From: Dermatophilaceae bacterium
Lineage (GTDB): Bacteria > Actinomycetota > Actinomycetes > Actinomycetales > Dermatophilaceae
Assembly: GCA_044867305.1 (NCBI GenBank)
Contig: JBIOUP010000110.1
Coordinates: 1-31,294 of the forward strand
Length of the DNA: 31,294 bases
Direction of reading: 5' to 3'
Within the stretch, counting starts at the first letter, position 1, and each line of letters opens with the position of its first letter. Under the pieces are notes generated by a model. That model did no database searches, was not told the DNA's origin, and worked only from the letters and a program-made list of their open reading frames with translations. The position numbers were made by a program, and so were the translations under genes. Shown here one piece after another: positions 1 to 7,406 of this stretch.

Positions 1-275
1 TCCAACCGGGCCCTGGCGTGCTCTGCCGACGCTGCATGCAGTTCGACGCCGTGCAGCTGAGGCATCAGACTGCCCTCGGCACCAAGCTGGCGCAGCCGTC
101 GGCCCACTGCGAGTAGGAAGGCCGCCTCTCCGCAGGACGGCTCCAACACCCTGTCTGCCGGCGTACGAACCGCCCAGTCGACGAGATAACGGGCGACAGC
201 CTCAGGGGTGAAGAATGCGCCGCGCGCCTTGCGCGCCTTGCGCGCAAGGGCGCTCTCCTGCCCAGGCGTGGTCAC
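1..275 (-). CDS. N6-adenine DNA methyltransferase (N-6 DNA methylase, R-M type), N-terminal part; runs off the left edge
   Basis: Not in the ORF track. Manual translation from GTG at 275 gives VTTPGQESALARKARKARGAFFTPEAVARYLVDWAVRTPADRVLEPSCGEAAFLLAVGRRLRQLGAEGSLMPQLHGVELH. GAFFTP (motif X), VLEPSCGEAAFL (SAM-binding motif I) and GVE match amino-methyltransferases. Confidence 0.85.
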   Translation of the reverse strand, partial: MTTPGQESALARKARKARGAFFTPEAVARYLVDWAVRTPADRVLEPSCGEAAFLLAVGRRLRQLGAEGSLMPQLHGVELHAASAEHARARL

Positions 276-281
276 CCTCGC

Positions 282-303
282 ATCCTGCCGGAGTCCTGCG
301 ACA
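282..303 (-). promoter_or_regulatory. Degenerate PafBC/RecA-NDp-type promoter for the methyltransferase (leaderless)
   Basis: Minus strand reads TGTCGC-AGGACTCCGG(10 nt)-CAGGAT-6 nt-GTG. The consensus is TGTCGG-N10-TANNNT, so spacing is exact with two mismatches. Confidence 0.5.
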
Positions 304-371
304 CCGGCATACAGGCGCACCGTAAGGCGCCGAGGCGTGCCTCAGTGCAGCGAGGCACAGACGCCGATCGC

Positions 372-1208
372 TCAGTACGGCGTGGGGATCCAGTTGAGGG
401 CCAGCTTGGGCTCCGCGTAGTCGCCGGCCTTCTGGCGGCGGGGCAGCTTGACCTGCTGCTCGGGCAGCGGTTCGTACGGTACGACGCTGAGCAGGTGGCT
501 GATGAGGTTGAGCCGCCCTCGCTTCTTGTCGTCGGTCCGGACGAGATACCACGGCGCCCAATCGGTGTCCGTCGCCGCAAACATGGCATCGCGCGCCCGT
601 GAGTAGTCATACCAGCGGCTGTAGCTCTTGAGATCCATGTCGGTGAGCTTCCAGACCTTGCGCGGGTCCGTGATGCGGCCCTGCAGCCGTCGGGTCTGTT
701 CCTCAGGGGTGACCTCGAGCCAGTACTTGATGAGGATGATCCCGTTGTCGATCATCGCCTGCTCCACGGCGGGGACCTGCTGCAGGAATCGCTCGGTCTG
801 CTCGGGCGTGCAGAACCCCATGACCCGCTCGACGCCGGCGCGGTTGTACCAGCTGCGGTCGAAGATGACCACCTCGCCCCCGGAAGGGAACTGCGTGACA
901 TAGCGCTGCACGTACATCTGCGAGCGCTCACGTTCGCTGGGAGCCGGCAGCGCGACCACCCGGAACACCCGCGGGCTCACCCGTTCGGTGATCCGCTTGA
1001 TGGTGCCTCCCTTTCCCGCGGTGTCGCGGCCCTCGAACATGATGCAGACCTTCGCCCCGGTTCGTTTCACCCACTCCTGCATGGCGATGAGCTCGCCCTG
1101 CAGCCTTGCCAACTCGGTCTCGTACTTCTTGCGGCTCAGCTTCGAGGCCGCGTCGGAAGGCTCGGCGGGCTTGGACTTCTGCGTGCTCTTGCTCTTGCTC
1201 TTGCTCAT
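372..1208 (-). CDS. ppk2: Polyphosphate kinase 2 (class I type)
   Basis: Motifs FEGRDTAGKGG (Walker A) and FDRSWYNRAGVERVMGFC. Start placed at ATG 1208 (MSKSKSK); the upstream extension of ORF 372..1688 is not PPK2-like. Confidence 0.93.
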   Translation of the reverse strand: MSKSKSKSTQKSKPAEPSDAASKLSRKKYETELARLQGELIAMQEWVKRTGAKVCIMFEGRDTAGKGGTIKRITERVSPRVFRVVALPAPSERERSQMYVQRYVTQFPSGGEVVIFDRSWYNRAGVERVMGFCTPEQTERFLQQVPAVEQAMIDNGIILIKYWLEVTPEEQTRRLQGRITDPRKVWKLTDMDLKSYSRWYDYSRARDAMFAATDTDWAPWYLVRTDDKKRGRLNLISHLLSVVPYEPLPEQQVKLPRRQKAGDYAEPKLALNWIPTPY

Positions 1209-1422
1209 GGCGGGCCTTCCGGTGGTGGCGCGGCGGCGGTTGATACCACGCAACGGTATGCCGTGCCCCACGGCAGACCGTGCATCATCGCCGAGCTGGT
1301 GTCGGCCGTCCTGGGTCAGCCCGGCAGTGGCCGGGCGGTCGTGCCGGTAGGCGAGGGTAGTCTCAGCGAGAGCCGGCGTGCGCCGCAGGCGCGGCCACCA
1401 GCAACGCGATGAAGGAGCCACC

Positions 1423-1749
1423 ATGTCGGATACGGGGTTCGAACCCATCTCCAGCACCCTTGATGTCGGTGGCCGAGCGGGCGGCCGCCAGCGGGGTGTC
1501 GCCGGACGGGCGCCCAGGCACGGTCTTTGCCGACAGCGGCGCAACCCCCGCCGGACCGCGGGGTCGAGAGCCTGGAAGATCTGCCTGATGGCGTCGCGGT
1601 CCCTCAGCCACCCGGTCTGGAAGGAGGGGATGGCGCCGCGGATCGAGGAAACCGAGAAGACCGACTTGGTCACCCAGGACCTGCTCATCGAGATCGTCGG
1701 CGCGCTTGAAGAAGCGCGCGGGATGTGGCAGGCGCAGAACAGCGGCTAG
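1423..1749 (+). pseudogene. dps: Dps (DNA starvation/stationary-phase protection protein) pseudogene with internal deletion, frameshifts and a 90-bp inversion
   Basis: RBS AAGGAG then ATG 1423 (MSDTGFEPISSTLD). A second frame from 1469 gives VAERAAASGVSPDGRPGTVFADSG. The minus strand of 1543-1632 gives IPSFQTGWLRDRDAIRQIFQALDPAVRR. The C-terminus is RIEETEKTDLVTQDLLIEIVGALEEARGMWQAQ. These pieces follow the order of actinobacterial Dps; the HW-containing ferroxidase helix region is missing. Confidence 0.78.
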
Positions 1750-1758
1750 CCGCGCGGC

Positions 1759-2493
1759 ATGTCGGTCACCGAGCACGAGCCCGGCGCGACCGGGCCGGCC
1801 ACCGGCCGCCCACGACTGCCGCGGCGAGTGGCTGTCGCGATGGTGTCGCCGGACAGCTACGGGTTGGTGCTGCTGCTGATCCTGTGCACGTACGTCTTCT
1901 CAGTCTCGGCCAAGGGCGCCTGGGCCAGCTCGATGGTCATCGTCGTTCAGGTCGCCGCCGTCTGGGTGGTCCTGCGCGTCTCTCGGGCCTCGCGTTCGGT
2001 CCGCGCCACAGCCGGAGCCTTCCTCGCCCTGTCGCTCGTCGCCGCCGCGGCCAACTTGTTCGTCGGCGACCAGAACTGGGCCGAGCGGTTCATCCTCGTG
2101 GTGAGCGCACTGCTCTACATGGTTGCCCCGATCTCGATCATGCGCCATCTCATCAGTCGCCGAGAGGTCGACATGAAGACGGTGCTCGGCGTCATCGATG
2201 CCTATCTGCTGGTCGGGATGATGTTCGCCTTCCTGTACCACCTGCTCGGCGTCACCCAGGTGACACCCTTCTTCGGGCCGGGCGTGGAGGAGGCGTTGCC
2301 GCAGGACCTGTTCTTCTCGTTCACCACGTTGACCACGACGGGGTATGGCAACCTCGTGCCACAAGGAAACCCGGGCCAGAGCTTTGCGGTTGTCGAGATG
2401 CTCATCGGACAGCTGTTCTTGGTGACCGTGCTGGCCAAGGTCGTCGGGGCCTACCGCCGGGACAACGGTCCGACTGCCAGCGCGGACGAGTAG
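1759..2493 (+). CDS. Potassium channel family protein (Ion_trans_2 pore domain with N-terminal TM helices)
   Basis: Hydrophobic helices plus the pore signature LFFSFTTLTTTGYGNLVP followed by the M2 helix (EMLIGQLFL). Confidence 0.85.
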   Translation: MSVTEHEPGATGPATGRPRLPRRVAVAMVSPDSYGLVLLLILCTYVFSVSAKGAWASSMVIVVQVAAVWVVLRVSRASRSVRATAGAFLALSLVAAAANLFVGDQNWAERFILVVSALLYMVAPISIMRHLISRREVDMKTVLGVIDAYLLVGMMFAFLYHLLGVTQVTPFFGPGVEEALPQDLFFSFTTLTTTGYGNLVPQGNPGQSFAVVEMLIGQLFLVTVLAKVVGAYRRDNGPTASADE

Positions 2494-2504
2494 GAGTTGC
2501 GGTT

Positions 2505-3017
2505 ATGGGACTGCGTGACCGACTACGTGGGGCCGAGCCCGGCGTGCAGCGCTTTCAGATGCGCGAGAAGCTGATCTCCATAGGGGATGACTACTGGATC
2601 GAGGACGAAGCCGGCCAGCGTGCCTTCAAGGTCGACGGCAAGGCATTCCGAGTCCGCGACACCTTCGTGCTGCGGGGAGTCGGCGGCGAGGAGGTGGCCA
2701 AGATCCAGGAGCGCATGCTCAGGGTCCGCGACTCGATGCAGATCGAACGTGCTGGCGGCAACGCCACCGTCCGCAAGGCGCTCGTGGGTTTCCGGGACCG
2801 GTTCAAGATCGACGTGGACGGTGGTTCCGACCTCAGTGCCCACGGCAACCTGGTCGACCACGAGTACGAGATCGAGCGCGACGGCGACACGGTCGCCACT
2901 GTCTCCAAGAAGTGGTTCCGAGTGAGAGACACGTACGGCGTCGAGATCCAGCCTGGCCAGGATGTCGGGCTGATTCTGGCAGTCACGGTCTGCATCGACG
3001 CCATGACGCACGACTGA
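2505..3017 (+). CDS. LURP-one-related / scramblase (Tubby C-like) family protein
   Basis: RBS AGGAG at 2492-2496 and ATG 2505. FQMREKLISIGDDYWIEDEAGQRAFKVDGK and HGNLVDHEYEI...VSKKWF..RDTYGVEI are typical of the family. Confidence 0.85.
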   Translation: MGLRDRLRGAEPGVQRFQMREKLISIGDDYWIEDEAGQRAFKVDGKAFRVRDTFVLRGVGGEEVAKIQERMLRVRDSMQIERAGGNATVRKALVGFRDRFKIDVDGGSDLSAHGNLVDHEYEIERDGDTVATVSKKWFRVRDTYGVEIQPGQDVGLILAVTVCIDAMTHD

Positions 3018-3091
3018 GCGATGCCGGTTGGGGGCACCCCCTTGGGTCATGCCAACCGCGCGTCACGGCACCCGGTTAGCACGACGGAGCA

Positions 3092-3817
3092 CTACGCGAC
3101 GATGATCGAGACCAGTGCCGCCACGACGACCGTGTTGAGCAGCCACCCCAGCGAGCTGTGCAGGGTGACCACCCGGCGCATCGCACTCGTCGTGACCAGC
3201 GTGTCGGTGGTCCCGAAGGTCGCCGAGCAGCCCATCGCCATGTACAGGTAGTCGGAGAACACCGGCTCTTCGGATCCTGAGAAGGCCAGCCCGCCTCGCT
3301 CGATGTCATGCCGGGCATAGTGCAAGGCAAAACTGAAGGCAATGAGCAGCAGCGCGATCAGGACTGTCAGACCGGCGAAGGCGAGAACCAGCGTCGTCGT
3401 CGCTGCCCGATCCACCAGGACCGACACCATCGAGCCAAACGCTCCCACGGCGATGACCACGGCCCATCCCTGACCTCCACCGCCGGCCAGCAGCCAACGT
3501 CGAACCGGTGACGTCGGCAGCGGGCTGCCCGCCACTCGCCGCACGAGCTCGGCACGACCGCAGCCCAAGAAGGCTCGCAAGCCCAGGGCCAAGTAGGTGA
3601 GCGCGAAGGCGTTCCAGGCAATGAGCTGAGCCCCGAGCCCGACCTCCAGCCTGACCTCGCCGTCCGACGTGCCAAGCTCGACGCTGATCAAGCCAGCCAG
3701 CAGGATCACCAGACCGAAGCCCATCGACAACAGCGCCCCCACCCCGACCGAGGTCCACAGCCGGAAGACATCCGAGCAAGCTCGAGGTATGCCGGCACGC
3801 TTGCTTGACTCGACCAC
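3092..3817 (-). CDS. DUF1345 family membrane protein
   Basis: C-terminal YARH...LAFSGSEEPVFSDYLY...TFGTTDT.VTTSAMRRVVTLHS.LGWLLNT pattern. Start uncertain (GTG 3817 chosen; the ORF extends to 3853). Confidence 0.78.
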   Translation of the reverse strand: MVESSKRAGIPRACSDVFRLWTSVGVGALLSMGFGLVILLAGLISVELGTSDGEVRLEVGLGAQLIAWNAFALTYLALGLRAFLGCGRAELVRRVAGSPLPTSPVRRWLLAGGGGQGWAVVIAVGAFGSMVSVLVDRAATTTLVLAFAGLTVLIALLLIAFSFALHYARHDIERGGLAFSGSEEPVFSDYLYMAMGCSATFGTTDTLVTTSAMRRVVTLHSSLGWLLNTVVVAALVSIIVA

Positions 3818-3894
3818 GCTGCCTATCCCACCAGCACGGGCCCTGGCCGCCAAAGGCGACGGTGCCGGGCGTACTGTGGAACTGAGGCGCCGAC

Positions 3895-4992
3895 ATGACC
3901 AACACGCCCACCCTTGCTGACCCGTTCACCGTGCCGACGAGGTACTGGCATCTCCTCGACGACGGCCGGATCCAGTGCGACGTGTGCCCGCGCGCGTGCC
4001 GGCTGCACGAGGGTCAGCGCGGGTTGTGCTTCGTGCGGGCCCGTGTCGACGACATGGTGGTGCTGACCTCCTACGGGCGCTCGAGCGGGTTCTGCGTGGA
4101 CCCGGTGGAGAAGAAGCCGCTCAACCACTTCCTGCCCGGCTCGCCCGTGCTGTCATTCGGCACGGCGGGGTGCAACCTGGCCTGCAAGTTCTGCCAGAAC
4201 TGGGATATCAGCAAGTCCCGCGAGACCGACACCCTCGCCGACCGGGCCTCCCCGGCAACCCTGGCTGCCCTGGCCGAGTCGCTGGGCTGCCGCAGCATCG
4301 CGTTCACCTACAACGACCCGGTCATCTTCTGGGAGTATGCCGCCGACGTCGCCGACGCATGCCGAGCACGGGGCATCAAGGCGGTCGCAGTAACCGCGGG
4401 GTACATGTGCCCCCAGCCCAGGGCGGAGCTCTACCGGCACATGGATGCCGCGAACGTCGACCTCAAGGCATTCACCGAGCAGTTCTACCGCCAGGTCTGC
4501 GCGGCTCGGCTGGCCGACGTCCTGGACACGTTGCAGTTCCTGCGACATGAGACGGACGTGTGGTTCGAGATCACCACCTTGCTCATCCCTGGTCGCAACG
4601 ACAGCGACGAAGAGCTCGACGCCGAGACCACGTGGATCGCCAGTGAGCTCGGGCCCGACGTGCCGCTGCACTTCACGGCGTTCCATCCCGACTACAAGAT
4701 GCTCGACGTCCCACGGACGCCGGGCGCGACCTTGACTAGGGCCCGCCGGATCGCTCTGGCGAACGGGCTGCGTTACGTCTACACGGGCAACGTGCACGAC
4801 CGCGACGGCGGCACGACCTTCTGCCCGGGGTGCGCACAGGCCGTGGTGGTCCGGGACTGGTACGAGCTGCTCACCTATGCGCTGGATGGGCAGGGCTGCT
4901 GCACCGCCTGTGGCACCCAGCTGCCCGGTGTGTATGCCGGCCCGCCCGGGCGCTGGGGCCGGCGCCGGATACCCGTCTTCGTCGATCGCTGA
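3895..4992 (+). CDS. amrS: AmmeMemoRadiSam system radical SAM enzyme
   Basis: N-terminal CDVCPRAC...C cluster, DPVEKKPLNHF, radical SAM motif GCNLACKFCQNWDIS, FTYNDP, and C-terminal YVYTGNV..CPGC...CTACG. Confidence 0.92.
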   Translation: MTNTPTLADPFTVPTRYWHLLDDGRIQCDVCPRACRLHEGQRGLCFVRARVDDMVVLTSYGRSSGFCVDPVEKKPLNHFLPGSPVLSFGTAGCNLACKFCQNWDISKSRETDTLADRASPATLAALAESLGCRSIAFTYNDPVIFWEYAADVADACRARGIKAVAVTAGYMCPQPRAELYRHMDAANVDLKAFTEQFYRQVCAARLADVLDTLQFLRHETDVWFEITTLLIPGRNDSDEELDAETTWIASELGPDVPLHFTAFHPDYKMLDVPRTPGATLTRARRIALANGLRYVYTGNVHDRDGGTTFCPGCAQAVVVRDWYELLTYALDGQGCCTACGTQLPGVYAGPPGRWGRRRIPVFVDR

Positions 4993-5789
4993 TGCGGCGG
5001 ACACGTCCGGCTGCGGTCGCCGGCCAGTTCTACCCGTCGGACCCAGCGAAGCTGGCCGCCTCCGTTGACTCGCTGCTCGCCGCAGCCGGCCCGGCCGACC
5101 ACACCGGCGCGGTCGTCGCGCTTGTCGTTCCGCACGCCGGTTTCGAGTATTCAGGGCCGGTCGCGGCGAGCGGCTACGCCTGCCTGGCTCACCTGCCAGT
5201 CGCGCCGCGGCGCATCATGGTGCTCGGGCCGGCGCACTTCGTCGATCTGGACGGCCTGGCCGTCCCGACGGTCACCGTGATGGAGACCCCGCTGGGCCCG
5301 GCCGTCCTCGACACGCCCGCGTTCCGAAGCCTGGTGGACGCGGGTCTGGGCGCCTTCTCGGATGCCGCGCACGCCACGGAGCACTCCATCGAGGTGCAGC
5401 TGCCCTTCCTGACCCGGATTCTCGGCGCAGCCGCCAGCTACGTGCCGCTCGCCGTTGGTCGGACCGAGCCGCGGCACGTCGCCGATGCCCTCGACGTGCT
5501 CGGCGGCGATCTCGTCGTGGTGAGCACCGACCTGTCGCACTACCTGGACCAGGCGAGCGCGCAGCGTCGGGACCGGCATACCGCCGAGTCAGTCCTCGCC
5601 CGCCGGGCTGAGCGGATTGGGCCGTGGGACGCTTGCGGACACTACGCGCTGCGTGGCCTGCTGGAGTGGGCCCTCCGCCACGACCACCAGGTCGAGCTCG
5701 TGGACCTGCGCACCTCGGCGGACACCGCGGGAAGCCCAAAGCGGGTGGTCGGCTACGGCGCCTTCGTGCTCACGTCGGCATCCGCCTGA
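4992..5789 (+). CDS. amrB: AmmeMemoRadiSam system protein B (MEMO1 family)
   Basis: TGATG overlap with amrS. Motifs RPAAVAGQFYP, VPHAG, GPAH, EHSIEVQLPFL, STDLSHY, CG and VVGYGA. Confidence 0.92.
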   Translation: MRRTRPAAVAGQFYPSDPAKLAASVDSLLAAAGPADHTGAVVALVVPHAGFEYSGPVAASGYACLAHLPVAPRRIMVLGPAHFVDLDGLAVPTVTVMETPLGPAVLDTPAFRSLVDAGLGAFSDAAHATEHSIEVQLPFLTRILGAAASYVPLAVGRTEPRHVADALDVLGGDLVVVSTDLSHYLDQASAQRRDRHTAESVLARRAERIGPWDACGHYALRGLLEWALRHDHQVELVDLRTSADTAGSPKRVVGYGAFVLTSASA

Positions 5790-5792
5790 CCG

Positions 5793-6593
5793 CTACGCCG
5801 CCGGCACCGGCACCAGAAGGGCCTGCACACCAAGCTCCTCGATGCGCCCTGTGGTGTCCTCGCTCAGCTCGTCGTCGGACACGATGAGGTCCAGCGCCTC
5901 CAGCTCGGCCACCTGGAACTTGGTGAACGTGCCGTACTTCGTGCTGTCGGCCAGCAGTGCGCAGGTCGAGCTGGCCCGCATGACCGCCCGCTTGAGCTGC
6001 ACCTTGTCCAGCGACGGCGCACTCACGCCACGGGCGATGCTCCAGGCGCCCGTGCTCATGAACTGGATGTCGATGTTGACGGCGGCCAACGTGGCCGCTG
6101 CCAAGGCGCCGGCGCTCGAGCCGCTGTCCGGGTCGACCGTGCCGCCGGTGTGGATCACCTCGATCGCCGGGTGCTCGAACAGGCTGGTCACCACGTAGAA
6201 GTCGTTGGTAACCACGGTGAGGTCCGCGCGGTCGGCGATGAACGGGACCATCGACTGACACGTGGTGCCGGCGTCCAGGTACACCACCATGCCGTCCTCG
6301 ACCAGCTCGGCGGCCCGCTGCGCGATCGCTCGCTTACGTGGTCGCTCCAGCACCTCGCGGCGGGGTCGCTGTGAGGGAGGCTGCTGAGCCCGGCTCTCGG
6401 CCAGGCGCACCCCACCTTGAACCGAGACCAGCGCTCCGTCCGCCTCCAACGCCGCAATGTCTCTGCGCACGGTCATGTGCGAGACACCCAGGTATGCCGT
6501 GAGGTTGCGAGTACTCACGACCCCCTCCCGGCGCAGCAGCTCCAGGAGCATCTGATGGCGCTGTTCGGGTATGAGAGGTGCAGCGGAGTTCAC
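5793..6593 (-). CDS. DeoR/GlpR family transcriptional regulator
   Basis: HTH region (EQRHQMLLELL...VSHMTVRRD) plus the DeoR C-terminal domain (KRAIAQRAAELV, YLDAGTT, VVTND, LLADSTKYG). GTG 6593 has a GGAG RBS. Confidence 0.92.
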   Translation of the reverse strand: MNSAAPLIPEQRHQMLLELLRREGVVSTRNLTAYLGVSHMTVRRDIAALEADGALVSVQGGVRLAESRAQQPPSQRPRREVLERPRKRAIAQRAAELVEDGMVVYLDAGTTCQSMVPFIADRADLTVVTNDFYVVTSLFEHPAIEVIHTGGTVDPDSGSSAGALAAATLAAVNIDIQFMSTGAWSIARGVSAPSLDKVQLKRAVMRASSTCALLADSTKYGTFTKFQVAELEALDLIVSDDELSEDTTGRIEELGVQALLVPVPAA

Positions 6594-6621
6594 TCCGTCG
6601 CGCACAGTGCGCCCAGCCATG

Positions 6622-6664
6622 AACAAAGATTAACACGGTGTGTGCAGGAGCGTTGATCTTCGTT
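6622..6664. promoter_or_regulatory. Imperfect inverted repeat, candidate DeoR operator
   Basis: AACAAAGATTAAC (6622-6634) and GTTGATCTTCGTT (6652-6664) are 11/13 complementary. The right arm overlaps the -35 element. Confidence 0.55.
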
Positions 6665-6681
6665 AAAAAATGTTCTAGGAT
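6653..6681 (+). promoter_or_regulatory. SigA-type promoter of the aldolase operon
   Basis: TTGATC (6653-6658), 17 nt, TAGGAT (6676-6681), then 8 nt to ATG 6690. There is no RBS, so the mRNA is probably leaderless. Confidence 0.65.
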
Positions 6682-6689
6682 GTGAGTCC

Positions 6690-7337
6690 ATGAACCAGAA
6701 GTTGCGCAACCTGAACACCATTGATCACACCGGCTGCATCCTCATCGTCAGGCTGGACGACGCCGACGAGGCCTACGAGGTGGCCAAGGCGGCCGTCGCT
6801 GGTGGCATCCGGGCCCTGGAGATCACTCTCTCGGTGCCTGGCGCGATCGAGGTGATCAAGCGGCTGGCGCAGGACTACCGCGGCCAGGACGTGGTCGTCG
6901 GCGCCGGCACCGTGCTCGACGGACACTCCGCCTACGAAGCCGTGTCAGCCGGGGCGCGGCTGCTGGTCAGCCCAAACGTCAGCCCCGAGATGCTCCGCGT
7001 GGCAAACCGCTACCAGGCCGTGTCGATGAGCGGCGCAATGACCCCCACCGAGATCCTCTCCTCGGTCGAGGCCGGCGCCGACGTCGTCAAGCTGTTCCCA
7101 GCCGACCAGCTCGGCCCGCAGTACGTCAGAACCGTCCTCGCCCCACTGGCGCAGGTCCCGATCGCGCCGACCGGCGGCGTCACGCCGGAGAACGCACGCG
7201 ACTGGTTCGACGCGGGAGTGGCGGCGGTCGGGGTCGGCAGCTTCATCACCAAGGCCGCTGCAGGCACCCGCGACTACCACCTCGTCACCAAGGCCGCCGA
7301 GACCTTCCTTGCCGCAGTGGGCGACGCCCGCCGGTGA
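6690..7337 (+). CDS. eda: KDPG/KHG aldolase (2-dehydro-3-deoxy-phosphogluconate / 4-hydroxy-2-oxoglutarate aldolase)
   Basis: Motifs IVR, LEIT, GAGTV, VSP, TPTE, Schiff-base Lys in VKLFPA, and PTGGV. Confidence 0.9.
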   Translation: MNQKLRNLNTIDHTGCILIVRLDDADEAYEVAKAAVAGGIRALEITLSVPGAIEVIKRLAQDYRGQDVVVGAGTVLDGHSAYEAVSAGARLLVSPNVSPEMLRVANRYQAVSMSGAMTPTEILSSVEAGADVVKLFPADQLGPQYVRTVLAPLAQVPIAPTGGVTPENARDWFDAGVAAVGVGSFITKAAAGTRDYHLVTKAAETFLAAVGDARR

Positions 7338-7339
7338 CC

Positions 7340-7361
7340 GTATGCCGGGCACCCGGCATAC
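7340..7361. repeat. Perfect hairpin built from two inverted CGGCATAC octamers
   Basis: GTATGCCGGG-CA-CCCGGCATAC lies in the eda-MFS intergenic space. Confidence 0.85.
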
Positions 7362-7406
7362 CCCAGAACAGCAACCGCAGCCTCGACCCACAAAGGAGTG
7401 ACCCGC

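Noticed and set aside
221-249. GCGCGCCTT tandem duplication and palindrome in the methyltransferase
   Set aside because: In-frame 9-bp duplication (ARK-ARK) outside the catalytic motifs, most likely neutral slippage.
1186-1208. (CTCTTG)n microsatellite encoding SKSKSK at the ppk2 N-terminus
   Set aside because: Short in-frame low-complexity repeat with no evidence of phase variation.
1209-1688. 160-aa N-terminal extension of ppk2 in ORF 372..1688
   Set aside because: Not PPK2-like. It is an open frame across the intergenic DNA and the antisense/inverted dps remnant.
1725-2504. 430-aa ORF 1725..3017
   Set aside because: The N-terminal part is an alternative frame over the K+ channel gene. 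The LURP gene has its own RBS and ATG at 2505.
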